From: Alphaproteobacteria bacterium
GTDB lineage: Bacteria; Pseudomonadota; Alphaproteobacteria; MPNO01
Length of the DNA: 64,000 nucleotides
Assembly (NCBI GenBank): GCA_965248835.1
Contig: CBDFLJ010000002.1
Coordinates: 800,001 to 864,000, forward strand
Direction of reading: 5' to 3'
Within the stretch, counting starts at the first letter, position 1; each line of letters begins with the position of its first letter. A model generated the notes under the pieces. The model did not search any database and was not told the DNA's origin. It saw only the letters and a list, made by a program, of their open reading frames with translations. Below, in pieces: positions 61,733 through 64,000 of the stretch. Both the position numbers and the translations under genes were made by a program.

Positions 61733-62956
61733 ATGCAATCATCCACCGGCCGTTGGGTAAGCGGCGACAACTTCTTCGACCGCGAGTCCGAGCTGCGGCT
61801 GCTGGAATCCCGGGTCTGCGGCGGCAACCATGTGCTGTTGAGCGGGCAACGGCGCATGGGCAAGACCAGCATCGCCCGAGAGCTGGGTCGGCGGCTCGAA
61901 TCCAAGGGATGGACCTCGCTCTTCATCGATGTCGAGGGAGCGACCTGCCCCGAGGATGTGATCGCCGAAATAGCTGAGGCGGTGCACCCGATTCGCTCGA
62001 TCTCGTCACGTTTTGCCCGCACCATGAAGCGTCTGGTCGACGAAAACATCGAAGAAATCAGTGCGTTCGAATTTCGAGTCAGAGTCCGCGCCGGATTGAG
62101 TGGACGCTGGCAGCGTTATGGAACAGAGCTAATCGGCAGTTGCGCCGATCATGACAAGCGGGTCCTGCTCGTCATCGACGAGTTGCCCATATTTCTCCTG
62201 CGAATGCTCCGTGATGATGAAGGCGCAGGACGGGTCGATGAGTTTCTGAGCTGGCTCCGCGGCGTGCTTCAAGGTCTTGGCAGTCGATCTACGGTCCTCA
62301 TCGTATCGGGCAGCATCGGGCTTGCACCCCTTGTGCAGAGGCTCGGGATACCCGACCGCATCAATCACCTCTATCCCTTTCGTTTAGGGCCTTGGAGCCG
62401 TCAAGCCAGCGTCGAGTGCTTCGAACGTCTCGCGGAGAGCCTCGGGCTCCCGATCGAGGACGGGGTGTCAGATGCGGTGTACGAAGCGCTCGGCATCGGC
62501 ATTCCTCACCACGTGCAATCCTACTTCGCACGTCTACAGGATTTCGCCGTGATGACGGGTCGCGATCGCGTAACGGTAGCGGATGTCGCCGAGGTGTATC
62601 GAACGGAGCTTCTCGGGCCTTCCGGCCAAAGCGATCTCGCGCACTATGAGACCCGCCTCCAGAACGCCTTGGACGAACAAAGCCACCGAATCGCCCTGGA
62701 AGTCCTCGCCGAGGCAGCCACTCAAGGCGTGTTCACCTACCGCGCGCGCCACTGCCTCGAACGCCGGTACTCTCCTGTGGCTGAGGACGCGGTCCGTCAT
62801 ATCGGGGAAGTGCTTGATGTCCTGACGCACGACGGCTATCTCGAAGCTGGCGACGACGGCCACCGTATCCCGTTCCGATTGCTGAAGGACTGGTGGTCGG
62901 CGCGCTTCCGAGACCACCACATCCCCCTCGAAAGCCGTGTCTCGGACAAGGACTGA
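61733..62956 (+). CDS. P-loop ATPase (archaeal ATPase/STAND-like)
   Basis: FFDRESEL, GQRRMGKTS, LLVIDE, SGSIG. Confidence 0.9.
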   Translation: MQSSTGRWVSGDNFFDRESELRLLESRVCGGNHVLLSGQRRMGKTSIARELGRRLESKGWTSLFIDVEGATCPEDVIAEIAEAVHPIRSISSRFARTMKRLVDENIEEISAFEFRVRVRAGLSGRWQRYGTELIGSCADHDKRVLLVIDELPIFLLRMLRDDEGAGRVDEFLSWLRGVLQGLGSRSTVLIVSGSIGLAPLVQRLGIPDRINHLYPFRLGPWSRQASVECFERLAESLGLPIEDGVSDAVYEALGIGIPHHVQSYFARLQDFAVMTGRDRVTVADVAEVYRTELLGPSGQSDLAHYETRLQNALDEQSHRIALEVLAEAATQGVFTYRARHCLERRYSPVAEDAVRHIGEVLDVLTHDGYLEAGDDGHRIPFRLLKDWWSARFRDHHIPLESRVSDKD

Positions 62957-62967
62957 AGGCTCCCCCC

Positions 62968-64000
62968 ATGAACGAATTGCTCGAACAGCCGCGACAGATT
63001 CGAAAGTTCAATCCCGGGACGTTCCAGTCCGATGTGGAAGTGATCAGCCAATTCGTGGTCAGGAACCGCGAGCTTGGCGTCGTGCTGGATGTTCTCCGCG
63101 GGAACGCCGGTTCACCGTCCTGCCAACACGTTCTACTCGTCGGACCCCGCGGTCGGGGAAAGACCATGCTGCTGGCCCGCATTGCTGCCGAGCTGCGCAC
63201 CGACGGCGACCTCTCCGATCAGCTCTTGCCGATCCGGTTCACGGAAGAGAGCCATGAGATATTCAACCTTGGCGACTTCTGGCTTGAGTCGCTGTTCTAC
63301 CTCGCCCGAGAGCGTGGGGTGCGCGACCCGGATCTCGCGCGCGAACTGCGAGATGTGCACGCCGCCTTGGCGGCCGAGCGGCACGGCAGAGAACTCGAGG
63401 AGCGTGCTCGCGCGGCTGTGCTGGAGATAGCCGATCGGCTCGGCAAGCGGCTCGTGCTGATGGTCGAAAACCTGCAGGCGCTGTGTCGAGACGTGGACGA
63501 CGACTTCGGCTGGAAGCTTCGCGGAGTGTTGCAGTCGGAACCCCAAATCATTCTGCTTGCCACCGCCACCAGTCGTTTTCGGGAACTGGAGGACGCGGAA
63601 CATGCGTTCTTCGAGCTGTTTCGGATCGTGCGTCTGGAGCCGCTGGATACCGGCGAGTGCCGCCGCCTGTGGCAGATGGTGACGGGTGACGATGTTAGGC
63701 GACGTGAAATCAGGCCGCTGCAGATCTTGACCGGAGGCGACCCTCGCCTCCTGGTCATCATCGGCGGGTTTGCACAGCACCGATCCCTGGGTCAGTTGAT
63801 GGAAGACCTGGTAAGGCTGATCGACGACCACACCGAGTATTTTCGTGCTCACCTCGAAGGCTTCGCAAAGACCGAACGCCGAGTCTATCTCGCGTTGATC
63901 GACCTCTGGCAACCGTCAACCACCGGAGAAATCGCGGCTCGGGCGCGTCTGGACGTTCGAATCGTATCGACCCTGCTCGGAAGGCTCGTCGAGCGGGGCG
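62968..64000 (+). CDS. Second P-loop ATPase with winged HTH, runs off the window (not in ORF track)
   Basis: Manual translation: KFNPG, GPRGRGKT, LVLMVEN, TGGDPR, STTGEIAARARLDVRIVSTLLGRLVERG. Confidence 0.88.
   Translation, partial: MNELLEQPRQIRKFNPGTFQSDVEVISQFVVRNRELGVVLDVLRGNAGSPSCQHVLLVGPRGRGKTMLLARIAAELRTDGDLSDQLLPIRFTEESHEIFNLGDFWLESLFYLARERGVRDPDLARELRDVHAALAAERHGRELEERARAAVLEIADRLGKRLVLMVENLQALCRDVDDDFGWKLRGVLQSEPQIILLATATSRFRELEDAEHAFFELFRIVRLEPLDTGECRRLWQMVTGDDVRRREIRPLQILTGGDPRLLVIIGGFAQHRSLGQLMEDLVRLIDDHTEYFRAHLEGFAKTERRVYLALIDLWQPSTTGEIAARARLDVRIVSTLLGRLVERG

Overview
GC-rich, heavily eroded accessory region, probably from a proteobacterium. The FN3/Calx-beta autotransporter and the gene mix suggest a host-associated symbiont (inference only). 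I saw no rRNA, tRNA or CRISPR array. Intact genes include catabolic, transport and surface functions (fahA, amidase, DMFase large subunit, RND pump, two MetE-like proteins, class II lysS), interleaved with about a dozen toxin-antitoxin/defence-type modules, two apparently complete IS elements (IS1380, IS5 family) and many IS, integrase and gene stubs. Main observations: (1) a three-member family of secreted 12-cysteine proteins, whose two tandem copies differ at about 38 codons, none purely synonymous, and sit between 277-bp direct repeats of a gene 3' end; (2) a UGSC-type selenoprotein split by the ORF track, with a clear SECIS hairpin; (3) a class II lysS and a vapBC pair arranged as cassettes between copies of a ~220-bp repeat; (4) repeated 3'-end duplications of resident genes flanking cargo blocks; (5) an ATPase/ATPase-wHTH pair with three palindromic operators; (6) the same DYH-to-DDH change in two distinct HigB toxins. 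All alignments and counts were done by eye.
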